A stretch of 64,000 nucleotides of DNA. Source: Rhodothermales bacterium (GTDB lineage Bacteria > Bacteroidota > Rhodothermia > Rhodothermales > JABDKH01). Below the pieces are notes generated by a model, which made no database searches, had not been told where the DNA came from, and saw only the letters and a program-made list of their open reading frames with translations. The translations under genes and the position numbers were made by a program. Of this stretch, positions 22,120 through 32,236 are shown one piece after another. Numbering within the stretch: the first letter of the stretch is position 1; every line of letters starts with the position of its first letter. The stretch covers positions 1,950 through 65,949 of the forward strand of contig JBFHWK010000001.1 in the NCBI GenBank assembly GCA_041589075.1. Direction: 5' to 3'.

Positions 22120-22638
22120 TCAAATGTCGAGGAAACCGTCCGGCAAATCTACGACAACACGTCTCGTCACGGCGTCGCTGCTGGACACGAACGGTTTTAT
22201 CGCCGGAATCAGTATTTCCGATCCATCTTGTCTGACAACGACGATGAGATCCTGTGCGGGCATTCTCCGGATCTCCGAGACGGTTCCCAACACTGAACCG
22301 TCCTGATCAACGACGATAAAGCCTTTGAGATCGACTCGGTGGTCCGTGGGACTCGCCTCTATCGTGTCGTCCCGCACAAACACCAGGGCGCCCGTGAGTC
22401 TCTCCGCGTCGTCTCGTGAGTGGATCCCGACGAAACTCACAATTAGAGCCTCACCACGAGAGGTCTGATGCTTGCGCACCGAATCGACTGCGCGCAGCAT
22501 CACCGAGGACGCATCCAGCCCAACATACCACCGCTCGCGATCCACGAGCGTCTCCGCAGTTGCGCCATCGGGGACACACAGCAACGATCCATCCAGACCG
22601 TGGGGGCGGACAATCCGGCCGGCACGATGAAGTGTCAC
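22120..22638 (-). CDS. rimM: 16S rRNA processing protein RimM
   Basis: '[14 protein letters not shown]' at the N-terminus and a PRC-barrel C-terminus ('[21 protein letters not shown]...LIVV...EILIP'). A GTG at 22638 is proposed. The upstream part of the 312-aa track ORF is an alternate frame of the rpsP tail. Confidence 0.85.
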   Translation of the reverse strand: MTLHRAGRIVRPHGLDGSLLCVPDGATAETLVDRERWYVGLDASSVMLRAVDSVRKHQTSRGEALIVSFVGIHSRDDAERLTGALVFVRDDTIEASPTDHRVDLKGFIVVDQDGSVLGTVSEIRRMPAQDLIVVVRQDGSEILIPAIKPFVSSSDAVTRRVVVDLPDGFLDI

Positions 22639-22678
22639 GATTTTGTCGCCGTTGCCTTGCGCGTCCGAGCAGGCAATA

Positions 22679-23488
22679 TCACTTCTTGCCGGCTGCCTTC
22701 GATTCCTTTGCCGGTGGCTCGTCTTCGCCTTTGGTCTCTGCAGCAGCGTCGACGGGAGCCTCTTCCGTAGCTGCTTCACCAGAGGCCTCTTCCACTGCTT
22801 GCGGCTCGTCGCCGGCCTCAGCTGCATCACCGGCTTCAGTTTCCGGGGCTTCGGCGGCCGCGGCTTCAGCAGGCGTAGCTGCCTCTTCGGCGGCCTCCTC
22901 CGTGAGTGCGGCGTCGGCCTCGGCCTGTGCAACGTTCTTCTCCTCCTGCTCGAGCTTAGCCGTCTCGGCAGCGGCCTCGCGCTTCTTCTCGACCTCTTCG
23001 GCAATCTTGCGTTTCGCTTCCTCAGCCTCCGCTTTGGCCTTCGCTTCTGCTTCAGCACGCGCCTTTGCCATCTCCACTTCCTTCTCAGCCGCCAACGTGG
23101 CCTCCGCGACCAGTGCAGCGGCGCGGCGGTCCTTACGCGTCACTTTTGCGGACGCCGCCGCCTTCTCCCGACGCGCCTCGCGGTGCTCCTCCACGGCCTT
23201 GGCCACCTCTTCCTCCGATCGGCCACGACCCTGGAGATAATGCCGCAGCAGTACACCTTCCTTGCTCAGGATCGAACGCACCGTGTCCGAAGGCTGCGCA
23301 CCCTGATCGAGCCAGTACAGAATGCGTTCGGTGTTGAGTTCCACCGTCGCCGGCTCCTGCAAGGGACTGTACCGCCCGAGATCTTCTATATACCGCCCAT
23401 CACGTGGCGAACGTGAGTCCGCGGCCACTAGCCCGTAAATGGGACGCTTGGAGCGGCCCAATCGCCGCAGTCGAAGTTTTACTGACAC
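22679..23488 (-). CDS. rpsP: 30S ribosomal protein S16 with ~170-190-aa Ala/Glu/Lys-rich C-terminal extension
   Basis: From the GTG at 23488: 'VSVKLRLRRLGRSKRPIYGLVAADSRSPRDGRYIEDLGRYSP'. A low-complexity tail follows ('AEAEAKAKAEAEEAKRKIAEEVEKKREAAAE...'). Confidence 0.9.
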   Translation of the reverse strand: MSVKLRLRRLGRSKRPIYGLVAADSRSPRDGRYIEDLGRYSPLQEPATVELNTERILYWLDQGAQPSDTVRSILSKEGVLLRHYLQGRGRSEEEVAKAVEEHREARREKAAASAKVTRKDRRAAALVAEATLAAEKEVEMAKARAEAEAKAKAEAEEAKRKIAEEVEKKREAAAETAKLEQEEKNVAQAEADAALTEEAAEEAATPAEAAAAEAPETEAGDAAEAGDEPQAVEEASGEAATEEAPVDAAAETKGEDEPPAKESKAAGKK

Positions 23489-23519
23489 GTTTAGCTGTTT
23501 CCTGTACGGTTGTTGATAT

Positions 23520-24869
23520 TCAGTTTCTTCCCACCAAAGCACCGAGGTCGAGTGAGCGACCCTTGCCCATCAGTTTCGTCATCGTCTTCATCATCTTCTT
23601 CATCTCGCGGAACTGCTTGAGAAGCTGATTCACCTCACTTACCTCGACACCACTGCCAAGTGCGATGCGCCTGCGCCGGCTGCCGTTGATAAGCTCCGGG
23701 CGCATTCTCTCCTCCAACGTCATCGATTGGATGATTGCTTCGATGTGCTTCATGGCATCATCGTCAATCTCCATGTCCTTGACGTGCCGGCCCACACCGG
23801 GAATCATTCCCACAAGATCCGTCAGCGAGCCCATCTTCTTGAGGCGCTGAAGCTGCTCGTAGAAGTCGTCGAGATTGAAACTCTCCGACTGGATCTTTCG
23901 GCGAAGCTTGTCGGCCTGCTGCTCGTCGAATTGCTCCTGCGCTTTCTCGACGAACGAAACGACGTCTCCCATGCCCAGGATCCGCTGCGCGAGCCGGTCC
24001 GGATAGAATGTCGTCAGGGCGTCGAGCTTCTCTCCCGTAGAAGCAAACTTGATGGGCTTCTTCACGACCGAACGGATTGACAACGCTGCGCCTCCGCGTG
24101 TGTCGCCGTCCAACTTGGCAAGCACGACGCCGTCGAAGTCAAGACGCTCGTTGAACTCCTTGGCGGTGTTCACTGCATCCTGGCCGGTCATGCTGTCGAC
24201 GACGAAGAGAATCTCGGTCGGCTTGACGGCGTCGCGGATCTGTTCCACTTCGCGCATCATTTCCTCATCGACATGAAGTCGGCCCGCGGTATCGATAATC
24301 AGGACGTCGCGCGCATTCTTCCGGGCTGCCGCTACCGCCTCCGAGGCGACACGGACGGCATCCTTGACCACGGTACCGTTTTCGCGCACGGCGTAGACGG
24401 GCACCTTGACCGACTCCGCCAGTGTTTCGAGCTGGTCCACGGCCGCCGGGCGATACACGTCAGCGGCGGCAAGCATCGGCGACCGGCCGACACTCCTGAG
24501 ATGCTTAGCAAGCTTTGCGCAAAAGGTCGTCTTACCGGAACCCTGCAGGCCCGCCACCAGAATCACGGTCGGCGGATTCGGCGAGAACTGGACATCGACC
24601 TCCGTTTCACCGAGCAGAACGACCAGTTCGTCGTAGACGATCTTGACGAGCTGCTGGCCGGGCGCTATCGACGTCAGCACGGCCTCTCCCAGTGCCTGCT
24701 CCTTAATACGCTCCGTGAAATCGCGTGCCACCTGAAAGTTGACGTCCGCGTCAAGCAACGCGCGACGTATCTCGCGCATCGACTGTGCGATGTTCAACTC
24801 GTTGATGCGCCCCTGCCCGGACAACGTCTTCAGGGCGCCGTCAAGTTTTTCGCTGAGCGTTTCGAACAT
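23520..24869 (-). CDS. ffh: signal recognition particle protein Ffh
   Basis: The ATG at 24869 gives 'MFETLSEKLDGALKTLSGQGRINE'. Also 'GLQGSGKTT', 'DTAGRL', and an M-domain with a Met-rich C-terminus. 449 aa. Confidence 0.95.
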   Translation of the reverse strand: MFETLSEKLDGALKTLSGQGRINELNIAQSMREIRRALLDADVNFQVARDFTERIKEQALGEAVLTSIAPGQQLVKIVYDELVVLLGETEVDVQFSPNPPTVILVAGLQGSGKTTFCAKLAKHLRSVGRSPMLAAADVYRPAAVDQLETLAESVKVPVYAVRENGTVVKDAVRVASEAVAAARKNARDVLIIDTAGRLHVDEEMMREVEQIRDAVKPTEILFVVDSMTGQDAVNTAKEFNERLDFDGVVLAKLDGDTRGGAALSIRSVVKKPIKFASTGEKLDALTTFYPDRLAQRILGMGDVVSFVEKAQEQFDEQQADKLRRKIQSESFNLDDFYEQLQRLKKMGSLTDLVGMIPGVGRHVKDMEIDDDAMKHIEAIIQSMTLEERMRPELINGSRRRRIALGSGVEVSEVNQLLKQFREMKKMMKTMTKLMGKGRSLDLGALVGRN

Positions 24870-25058
24870 CTGTGGGAGGAGGTATGGGTGCAGAAAAGAA
24901 AAATTAGGCCGAAAAGCCGTAGAATCCAACGTTTCCGGGATTGGCCAATGCTGTGCAATGACCGGGTGCCGGCGTTTCCGCAGTATTTTCACCGTCACCG
25001 GAAGGCCTTCACATGATCCACGCCAAACCGCTTCCCCGCGGCCCTGTCTCCTTCGTGA

Positions 25059-25664
25059 ATGCAGATCGAAGAAGCTAAAAACCGGCTCCGAGCGGCGCTT
25101 CGCGAGAGGCGTCGGGCCGTCGACGCGGATGGCTTCGCCGCGATCTCTGAGGCGATCTCCGGGGCGATGCTGACGCTCCCTGAGATCGCCGCAGCGAAGG
25201 CCGTACACACGTTCATTTCGGCCGCTCGCCTCCAGGAGCTCGACCTTGATCCGTTCATCGAGGCCGTCCACGCACGAGGAGTAAAGGTTCTCGTTCCAAT
25301 CGTAAAGCGCTATTCACGCGAATGGAATCAGGAACGGCTCGCGCATAGCTACTATCGGCCGGGCATGGAGCTTAGTGAGAATCGCTGGGGCATACTGGAG
25401 CCCGTCCGTCCGGAGCCGGCCCAACTCACTGTCGCCGATGTGATCGTCGTCCCGGCCCTGGGATGTGATCTGCAGGGCAATCGGGTCGGATCCGGATACG
25501 GGTTCTATGATCAGCTGCTCACCGACGCGCGAGCGTTGTCCGTCTGCCCCTGTATGGACGCCACGCTGGTACAAGAAATCCCCACAGAGGAACACGACCG
25601 GCCGGTCGACATCATAGTAACCGAAACCCGTATACTCCGTCCAGGCGACCGCGATAGTGTGTAA
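25059..25664 (+). CDS. 5-formyltetrahydrofolate cyclo-ligase
   Basis: N-terminal 'LRAALRERRRA' and 'VVPALGCDLQGNRVGSGYGFYDQLL' are typical of MTHFS/YgfA. Confidence 0.85.
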   Translation: MQIEEAKNRLRAALRERRRAVDADGFAAISEAISGAMLTLPEIAAAKAVHTFISAARLQELDLDPFIEAVHARGVKVLVPIVKRYSREWNQERLAHSYYRPGMELSENRWGILEPVRPEPAQLTVADVIVVPALGCDLQGNRVGSGYGFYDQLLTDARALSVCPCMDATLVQEIPTEEHDRPVDIIVTETRILRPGDRDSV

Positions 25665-25712
25665 CCTCCACGACTGTCGGGCGTACATGGGACCGGACAT
25701 GATGGAGCCCAA

Positions 25713-26357
25713 TTGATGAAGACGAGAACGAGGCAAACCCGTCAGGAAGAACCTGTCGATTACCTCTACGATTCGGAGGACACGATCGATCTCGAATCTC
25801 TGTCCGAGGAGGAACTCACGGAGTTTCTCTTCGAGGAGGAGACAAAACCGTCAAGAGGCATCTTCAACCTGCCGACCATCGCGGGCCTTTCGATCATCAT
25901 GGTCGGCGTTGCCTACATATTCCAGGAAGCCGGACTGTGGAGCGGGTTTGATCTCAGTGTGCTTGCCGGGATGCTCCCGTGGATCGCTGGCGTGTTCATC
26001 ATCCTGCTCGGCTTTGGCGTCCTGTCATGGCGCCCGGAAAAAAAGAAGAAGCGCGTCAGGAAGTCGGTCGAGACCAAGGCCGGAAAGAAGCAGGTCGTCC
26101 TTGAGCCTATACAGGGGGACGCACCCACTAAAAAGCGCCGCCTTGAAAAGTCACGCAACAAGAAGATCTTCGGTGTGTGCGCAGGTATTGCCGAGTATTT
26201 CAACATCGACCCGACTCTCGTCCGCATTGCTTTCGTGATCGGCACGATCGCAATGCAGGGAACGTTCTTGGTTGCGTACCTGATTCTGTCGATGGTCATG
26301 CCCAATCCCAAGCCGCCCACCGTCGAAGAACGCATCACCATTCTTCGCGATAAGTAA
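25713..26357 (+). CDS. PspC domain-containing membrane protein
   Basis: Acidic N-terminus, 2 TM segments, a basic linker, then the PspC motif 'KIFGVCAGIAEYFNIDPTLVRIAFVIG'. Confidence 0.8.
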   Translation: MMKTRTRQTRQEEPVDYLYDSEDTIDLESLSEEELTEFLFEEETKPSRGIFNLPTIAGLSIIMVGVAYIFQEAGLWSGFDLSVLAGMLPWIAGVFIILLGFGVLSWRPEKKKKRVRKSVETKAGKKQVVLEPIQGDAPTKKRRLEKSRNKKIFGVCAGIAEYFNIDPTLVRIAFVIGTIAMQGTFLVAYLILSMVMPNPKPPTVEERITILRDK

Positions 26358-26382
26358 AGTAGCAGGGGATAGCAGACCGGCC

Positions 26383-26577
26383 ATGAGTCCTTCGACAAAA
26401 CTGACACGCTCTTCATCCAACAAAGTCATTGCCGGAGTGTGTGGCGGCCTGGCCGAATACTTTGGCCTCGATCCGACTTTGTTTCGAGTGGGCTACGTGC
26501 TTCTGAGCATCTTGTCTGTCGGCTTTCCGGGAATACTTGTTTACATCATACTCGCGTTGGTGATGCCGCGGTATTGA
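26383..26577 (+). CDS. small PspC domain-containing protein
   Basis: 64 aa: 'KVIAGVCGGLAEYFGLDPTLFRVGYVLLSI' plus one TM. Confidence 0.8.
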   Translation: MSPSTKLTRSSSNKVIAGVCGGLAEYFGLDPTLFRVGYVLLSILSVGFPGILVYIILALVMPRY

Positions 26578-26601
26578 TGGGCTTGAGCGACAAGGTGAAT
26601 T

Positions 26602-27882
26602 CTACTTCGGCTCGGACACGGCCAGTGCACGCGATCCACAAACCACCGTTTGCAGAGACGAAGGCGTAAGAAACTCCCGGATCGCATCGTTGACGTCCCC
26701 CAGCGTTACAGCCTCCACCTCTTCGGGAAAACGATCGAGATAAGACGCGTCAAATCCCTTTTCAATATTGTGGAGCAGCGCTCGGGCGAGGCCGGCCGTG
26801 GTCGCCAGGCCTACGCGGTATGACCCCGTAATCGTCGTCTTTTTCTCGTCCAGCTCATCCGCCGTCACGCCCCCGTCGACGAACGCCTCGACCACGTCGG
26901 CAGTGGCGTCGACACCGCGCTCTAGATTATCCAGCGACAACGTAACGTCGATTTCCCACAACCCTTCGTGGCGCCTGTCCACACCCGAAAGGCCGGATCG
27001 AATCCCATACGTGAGGCCCATCTGGTCCCGGACCGTGGACATCAGTCGTGCCGAGAAATTGCCGCCCAGTATGTAGTTACCGACAAACAGCGGTACGTAA
27101 CGTGGATCGTCTCGTCGAATGCCTAACCCATGACCGAAAGCCACGTCAGCATTGGGTTTGTCGGGCATGGGTACAAAGATGCGGTCGGGTTCCAGTTGCA
27201 AGGCTGTTTCCGTAAACGCTTCGACCGACGTGTGGTCGGCCCACGATTCAAAAGACGGGCGAACACTCTTTTCGATGTCCGCCGCGGTCACATCGCCCAC
27301 GACCACGAACTCGCAATTACGAGCACCGAAGTGATGCTCGTGGTAGTGCCTCACGTCGTCGGCGCTTATCCGGCGGTAGGCCTCGATCGCTTTTTCGGGC
27401 TCAATGGAATAGTTCGGGTGATCAGCCGGGAAAACACGGCGCCGTAGAGCTCCCGCCGCCTGATCCGCGGTGCTTTCAAGGCTGCGTTTCGCGGAAGCGA
27501 TCAGCCGCATGCGGACGAGCTCGAGTTCGTGTGGGTCCAGCGCCGGCTCCCTCAACTGCTCCGCCACCAGCGAAAAAACGGTGCCTGCATCCTTGGCCAG
27601 ACATCGTCCCACAAATCCGACTCGCAGACCATCACTGTAGAATCCGAGCTGCGCACCGAGGTCGTCGAGAAGTTCGGCGATTTCGTCTTTCGTATGATGC
27701 TTCGTACCCTTATCGAGCAGGGCGGTCACAGCCTCCTCAACAAGGTCTTCGTCGTTCGCCAGGTGCGGACAAGTCTCGAACGAGGCGCGGAATGAAACGA
27801 CATCTTTGATCGGTGTCGGAAGGACATGAACGCGACAAGATTCGATCGAAAACGTCGTGATCCGCTCTGCGTACTTCGTCAT
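26602..27882 (-). CDS. M16 family peptidase, non-catalytic-type subunit
   Basis: Insulinase-fold length and pattern without an HxxEH motif. ATGA start/stop overlap with the upstream M16 gene. Confidence 0.8.
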   Translation of the reverse strand: MTKYAERITTFSIESCRVHVLPTPIKDVVSFRASFETCPHLANDEDLVEEAVTALLDKGTKHHTKDEIAELLDDLGAQLGFYSDGLRVGFVGRCLAKDAGTVFSLVAEQLREPALDPHELELVRMRLIASAKRSLESTADQAAGALRRRVFPADHPNYSIEPEKAIEAYRRISADDVRHYHEHHFGARNCEFVVVGDVTAADIEKSVRPSFESWADHTSVEAFTETALQLEPDRIFVPMPDKPNADVAFGHGLGIRRDDPRYVPLFVGNYILGGNFSARLMSTVRDQMGLTYGIRSGLSGVDRRHEGLWEIDVTLSLDNLERGVDATADVVEAFVDGGVTADELDEKKTTITGSYRVGLATTAGLARALLHNIEKGFDASYLDRFPEEVEAVTLGDVNDAIREFLTPSSLQTVVCGSRALAVSEPK

Positions 27883-29213
27883 GCTTCCTCACCCGCAATA
27901 GATCCGTTTCCGGAGACGTCAGGTATTACCGGCACATAGTACCCGACAGTCATAGTATCCGGGACGCAATATGCCCCAGCAACCCGCCTTACGGCGTCTT
28001 CGGTAACACGCTGGTACCTTTCGACCGCGGTTGTGTACAGCTTCCAGTCGCCCGCGGCAATGGCTTCGTTAAGTTGTGCGGCTATCGCGAAAGATCCGTC
28101 ACGGCCATAGGCCTCCTGGGCGCGGAGCTGATTCTGAACCCGCTGCATTTCGTTCTCATCAACGCCTGACGATATCACGCGGTTGATCTCTTCCTGCACC
28201 ACGGCTTCAACTTCTGCGTGCTTACTCTCCGGAGACAACATCGCGAACACGGTGAACAGGCCGGGGTCACGCAGCGAAGACGCAGATGAGAAGACACTTG
28301 TCGCAAGACCCGAGTCCACCAGGCGCCGATACAGGCGACTGCTCTTGCCGCCCGCCAGGATGACGGACAGAACGTCAAGAGCATCCGTGTCCGTGTTTAC
28401 TGCGGCAGGTTGTTTGTAGGCGATCATAAGTGCACCCAACTGCCCTATCTGACGCACGGTCACTCTCCGCTCGCCACTCTGCTCCGGCTCGGCCGTATGA
28501 ATCTCAGGAATGGACTGCGGAGCGGCTCCGATCGGACCGAAATGACTCGCGAGAAGATCAAGAGTTGCCATGCGATCCACATCTCCGATGACACTTGCCG
28601 TCGCGTTGTTAGGCCAATAGAATGTGTCGTAGAATTCTCGTAGTGCCTCAGCCGTCGTGTTCTCCACGTCAGAGCGCCAGCCGATAGTCGGGTGGTGGTA
28701 AGGATGAGCAACGAACGCGGCACCCCAGACGGCGTGATAGAGTTTGCGAAGCGGCTCGTTCTCACCGCGATCCAGTTCGTTCAAGATGACGTTCTTCTCG
28801 GATGCGACGTCTTCCTCAGTCAGGAGTGCCCCCCTCATACGGTCGGCCTCTATCTCGACGGCAAGGGAAAGGTGCTCGCGTGGCAGTGACTCGTAATAGT
28901 TCGTCCGGTCGAACCATGTCGTTGCGTTGACCTGCGCACCCAACCGTTGAAGCACGTTGAAAACCGTCCGCTTGTTGTCGCGATTGAAGTTCTCAGAGCC
29001 CTTAAACATCAGGTGTTCGAGGAAATGAGTGGCGCCCGTGAGTCCGTTCGATTCGTTGCGGCTCCCGACGCGATAGGTAATCATGAACGTGGCAACGGGT
29101 GCTGACTTCTCCTCAAAAAGCAGCACCTGAAGGCCGTTCGATCGCATCCGGTACTCTTCGATACCTCCCGATACGGTGACAAATTCAAAGTCGGGGTGTC
29201 GTGTCGGCTCCAT
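27879..29213 (-). CDS. M16 family zinc peptidase (pitrilysin-like, catalytic-type subunit)
   Basis: 'GATHFLEHLMFKGS' is the inverted zinc motif HxxEH, and 'NATTWFDRTNYY'. Confidence 0.88.
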   Translation of the reverse strand: MEPTRHPDFEFVTVSGGIEEYRMRSNGLQVLLFEEKSAPVATFMITYRVGSRNESNGLTGATHFLEHLMFKGSENFNRDNKRTVFNVLQRLGAQVNATTWFDRTNYYESLPREHLSLAVEIEADRMRGALLTEEDVASEKNVILNELDRGENEPLRKLYHAVWGAAFVAHPYHHPTIGWRSDVENTTAEALREFYDTFYWPNNATASVIGDVDRMATLDLLASHFGPIGAAPQSIPEIHTAEPEQSGERRVTVRQIGQLGALMIAYKQPAAVNTDTDALDVLSVILAGGKSSRLYRRLVDSGLATSVFSSASSLRDPGLFTVFAMLSPESKHAEVEAVVQEEINRVISSGVDENEMQRVQNQLRAQEAYGRDGSFAIAAQLNEAIAAGDWKLYTTAVERYQRVTEDAVRRVAGAYCVPDTMTVGYYVPVIPDVSGNGSIAGEEA

Positions 29214-29224
29214 CTTCCTCCTTG

Positions 29225-32035
29225 TCAGTGTGCGTCGAGCCAGTTATCGGCTACGTTGATGTCAACCTCGATGGGAACGTCGAGCGGCAGCGCGCCCACC
29301 ATCTCCTCACGCACCAGGTCGCCAACCCCATGGGCAACATCCGGTGCAAGCTCAAACACGAGTTCGTCGTGCACTTGCAGGAGCATGCGCGCGTCGAGGC
29401 GTTCCTCGCGCAGTCGTCGGTGGATTCGGATCATGGCCGCCTTTATCATGTCGGCCTGCGTGCCCTGGATGGGCATATTGACCGCGATACGCTCAGCCGC
29501 CGACCGCTCGTTTCGATTGCGGGCGTCAATTCCGCGCACAAACCGCCGGCGACCGAGCAGCGTCTGTGCGTATCCCAACTCCCGCGCCTTCTCCACCTGC
29601 TGCGACAGGAACCGTGAGACCGACGGGAATGACTTGTGATACTCGCCGATCAGGTCCCGGGCTTCACTGACGGGACAACGTAGCCGCTGCGCGAGACCGA
29701 AGGCCGAGATGCCGTACGGTATGCCGTAATTGACCTGCTTCGACTTCGACCGCTGCTCACGCGTCACTTTGTCGGGGGAAACGCCAAAGACCCGGGCGGC
29801 TGTCGACGTGTGAATGTCCTCACCCGCAGCGAAGGCCTCGACCAGACCTTTATCGCCACTCATCGATGCGAGAATTCGGAGTTCGATCTGCACATAGTCG
29901 GCAGACATCAGGGCCTTGCCGTCCGCGGCAACGAATGCACGGCGTATCTCTCTTCCTCGCTCACTCCGGATGGGGATGTTCTGCAGGTTGGGATTCGCCG
30001 AGCTGAGTCGGCCGGTGGCTGCAACCGTCTGGTTGAACTCGGTATGTATGCGGCCCGTCTCCGGGTGTACGAGCTCAGGCAGCGTATCTACGTAGGTGCT
30101 CTTGAGCTTGGATAATTCTCTCCAGTCCAGGATGAGAGCAGGAAGTTCATGCTCGGTTGCAAGCCGTTCGAGTACGTTCTCGCGCGTTGACGGCTTGCCG
30201 GTGCTCGTTCGTGACAGGACGGGCAGGCCGATCTGGTCGAAAAGTATCTCGCCGAGCTGTGCCGGTGATCCGATGTTAAACTCACCGTCGGCCGCATCAT
30301 AGATCTGCTGCTCCAGCGCCTGAATGTCGCGGCCCATGTCCTCGGAGATCCTGTGCAGAACATCGACGTCGAGACGAATGCCGGCCGTTTCCATATCGGC
30401 CAGCACCCGTATTAACGGGAACTCGATCTCGTTTGCGATCTGGCCGACACCTTCCTCCTCAACCGTTTCGTCGAGGATGTCGGCAAGCTGCAGGGCAATG
30501 TCCGCGTCCTCGCAGGCGTAAGGAGCCACGACGGCCGGTGCCAGATCGCGCATCGACTTCTGATCGCGGCCAGACCCGATCAGGTCCGTTATCGGAATCG
30601 TTCGGTAGTTGAGAAACCGTCTCGCGAGAGCATCGAGATTGTGGGCCTGTTCGGGAGCGATCAAATAGTGGGCGATCATCGTGTCGAAAAACGGCCCGGC
30701 AATCTCCAGTCCGTGTCGCGACAGAACAACGATATCGTACTTCGTGTTCTGCCCGACCTTGACGGCCACACTTTGGAATAGGGGCGCAAGCACATCGAGC
30801 ACTTCTTGCGTGGACGTGCCGTCGGGCATCGGAGTGGGAACAAACCAAGCGTGAGCTCCCTCGGTGCAGACGGACACACCGACGAGCGATGCCCAGACCG
30901 CATGCACGTCCGTCGTTTCCGTGTCAAACGAGAATCGCTCCGCGGACAGCGCCTCGGCGACGCGCGTCTGCAGCTCCGGCAGACCGCTCACGAGCACATA
31001 GTCGACACTATCCTCGTCGTACGCGTCCAGCTCGTCCTGTTCGAGAACTGTCGGCCGCTCGTCCGCAGCATCCTCCTCGCCATCCCGCCCGAACAGGTCG
31101 GACTGCGGCCTGACACGACCGTTGTCTCCGATGACCTTCTTCAACCGATCGAAGAGAGACCCGAACTCAAGCTGTCCGAACAAATGGCTGATCGCGGCGA
31201 TGTTCGGCCGGTCCCGTTTCAGGGCGTGCCAGTCAATAGATATGTCTACGTCGGTCTTGATGCGCACCAACTGCTTGCTCAGCAGAGCATCGTCCCGGTG
31301 CTGCGTGAGGCCCTCGCGCGCCCGCTTGCCTTTCACCTCATCGGCATGCTCCAGCAACTCCTCGACGGAGCCGTACTCACCGACGAGTTTCACCGCCGTC
31401 TTTTCACCGATACCCGGAACGCCGGGAACGTTGTCCGACGTGTCGCCCATCAGCGCGAGGACATCCACGAACTGCGGTGGCTCAAGTCCGTATTTCTCCC
31501 GAAAAGAAGCGGACGTAATCGGATCAAACGATTCCCCCCGGTAAGCGGGCTTGAACATCGATACGCGGTCACTCAGCAGCTGCTGAAAGTCCTTGTCCGA
31601 CGACACGATCACGACCTCGGCGCCGTCCGCCTCCGCTTGTTTGCTGAGCGTACCTATAACGTCGTCGGCCTCTACGCCGTCAACCTCGACCACCGGAATG
31701 TCCATCGCCTTAACGACCTCCTTGATGATCGGAATATTGGCGACAAGGTCGTCCGGCGGCGGATCGCGATGCGCCTTGTAGTCCTCGTAAATCTCGTCTC
31801 TGAAAGTACCTCCTTCCCCGAGTGCATCGAAAACTACGGCCATGTGCTCGATGCCATGATCCTCGATGAGCTTCACGAGCGTGTTGGTGAAGCCGTAACT
31901 GGCCGACGTATTCTGCCCTTTCGAATTGATCAACGGCCGGCTGATGAACACAAAATGAGCCCGGTACGCAAGCGCCATCGCATCTAGCAGATACAGCGTC
32001 TTGCCGGAATCATTCGATGACTTTGCTTGCGCCAT
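29225..32035 (-). CDS. polA: DNA polymerase I
   Basis: 5'-nuclease domain ('LYLLDAMALAYRAHF', 'SSDKDFQQL'), 3'-5' exonuclease region, and pol domain ('DYVQIELRILA', 'QVHDELVFE'). The ATG at 32035 is preferred over the track start at 32101. Confidence 0.95.
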   Translation of the reverse strand: MAQAKSSNDSGKTLYLLDAMALAYRAHFVFISRPLINSKGQNTSASYGFTNTLVKLIEDHGIEHMAVVFDALGEGGTFRDEIYEDYKAHRDPPPDDLVANIPIIKEVVKAMDIPVVEVDGVEADDVIGTLSKQAEADGAEVVIVSSDKDFQQLLSDRVSMFKPAYRGESFDPITSASFREKYGLEPPQFVDVLALMGDTSDNVPGVPGIGEKTAVKLVGEYGSVEELLEHADEVKGKRAREGLTQHRDDALLSKQLVRIKTDVDISIDWHALKRDRPNIAAISHLFGQLEFGSLFDRLKKVIGDNGRVRPQSDLFGRDGEEDAADERPTVLEQDELDAYDEDSVDYVLVSGLPELQTRVAEALSAERFSFDTETTDVHAVWASLVGVSVCTEGAHAWFVPTPMPDGTSTQEVLDVLAPLFQSVAVKVGQNTKYDIVVLSRHGLEIAGPFFDTMIAHYLIAPEQAHNLDALARRFLNYRTIPITDLIGSGRDQKSMRDLAPAVVAPYACEDADIALQLADILDETVEEEGVGQIANEIEFPLIRVLADMETAGIRLDVDVLHRISEDMGRDIQALEQQIYDAADGEFNIGSPAQLGEILFDQIGLPVLSRTSTGKPSTRENVLERLATEHELPALILDWRELSKLKSTYVDTLPELVHPETGRIHTEFNQTVAATGRLSSANPNLQNIPIRSERGREIRRAFVAADGKALMSADYVQIELRILASMSGDKGLVEAFAAGEDIHTSTAARVFGVSPDKVTREQRSKSKQVNYGIPYGISAFGLAQRLRCPVSEARDLIGEYHKSFPSVSRFLSQQVEKARELGYAQTLLGRRRFVRGIDARNRNERSAAERIAVNMPIQGTQADMIKAAMIRIHRRLREERLDARMLLQVHDELVFELAPDVAHGVGDLVREEMVGALPLDVPIEVDINVADNWLDAH

Positions 32036-32236
32036 CCTTGTCGCCAGGGATTTGGTCGTTTGGTTGCCGTGCAATTGGCCTAAGCGTGCGTAGCGCCGCA
32101 CCTCCGCGCTAATTCGCTGCCGGGCGGCTGGAACAAGATAAGCTAGGCCGAAGCTAAATGAAGTTGCGGAGAGTCTGGTTAAATAGGCGGAAACATTGAC
32201 CCGTGAAGAGGTAACAGAGGTACCAAACGCAGGCTC

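Noticed and set aside
22120-23416. Long alternate-frame ORFs over the rpsP tail: the N-terminal 140 aa of the 312-aa 'RimM' ORF, plus 22416-23240 and 22643-23416
   Set aside because: These are low-complexity Arg/Pro/Ser or Ala/Ser strings produced by reading the GCN/GAR-rich S16 tail in other frames. RimM homology begins only at about 22638.
24870-25271. N-terminal 134-aa extension of the ffh track ORF. The same issue applies to the serA extension at 63338-63691.
   Set aside because: These are Arg-rich nonsense-like sequences that overlap neighbouring genes. The canonical family N-termini start at the internal ATGs (24869 and 63337).
30806-31987. 393-aa ORF antisense to polA
   Set aside because: Same GC-driven shadow-ORF pattern, with no recognisable domain. 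polA occupies the locus.
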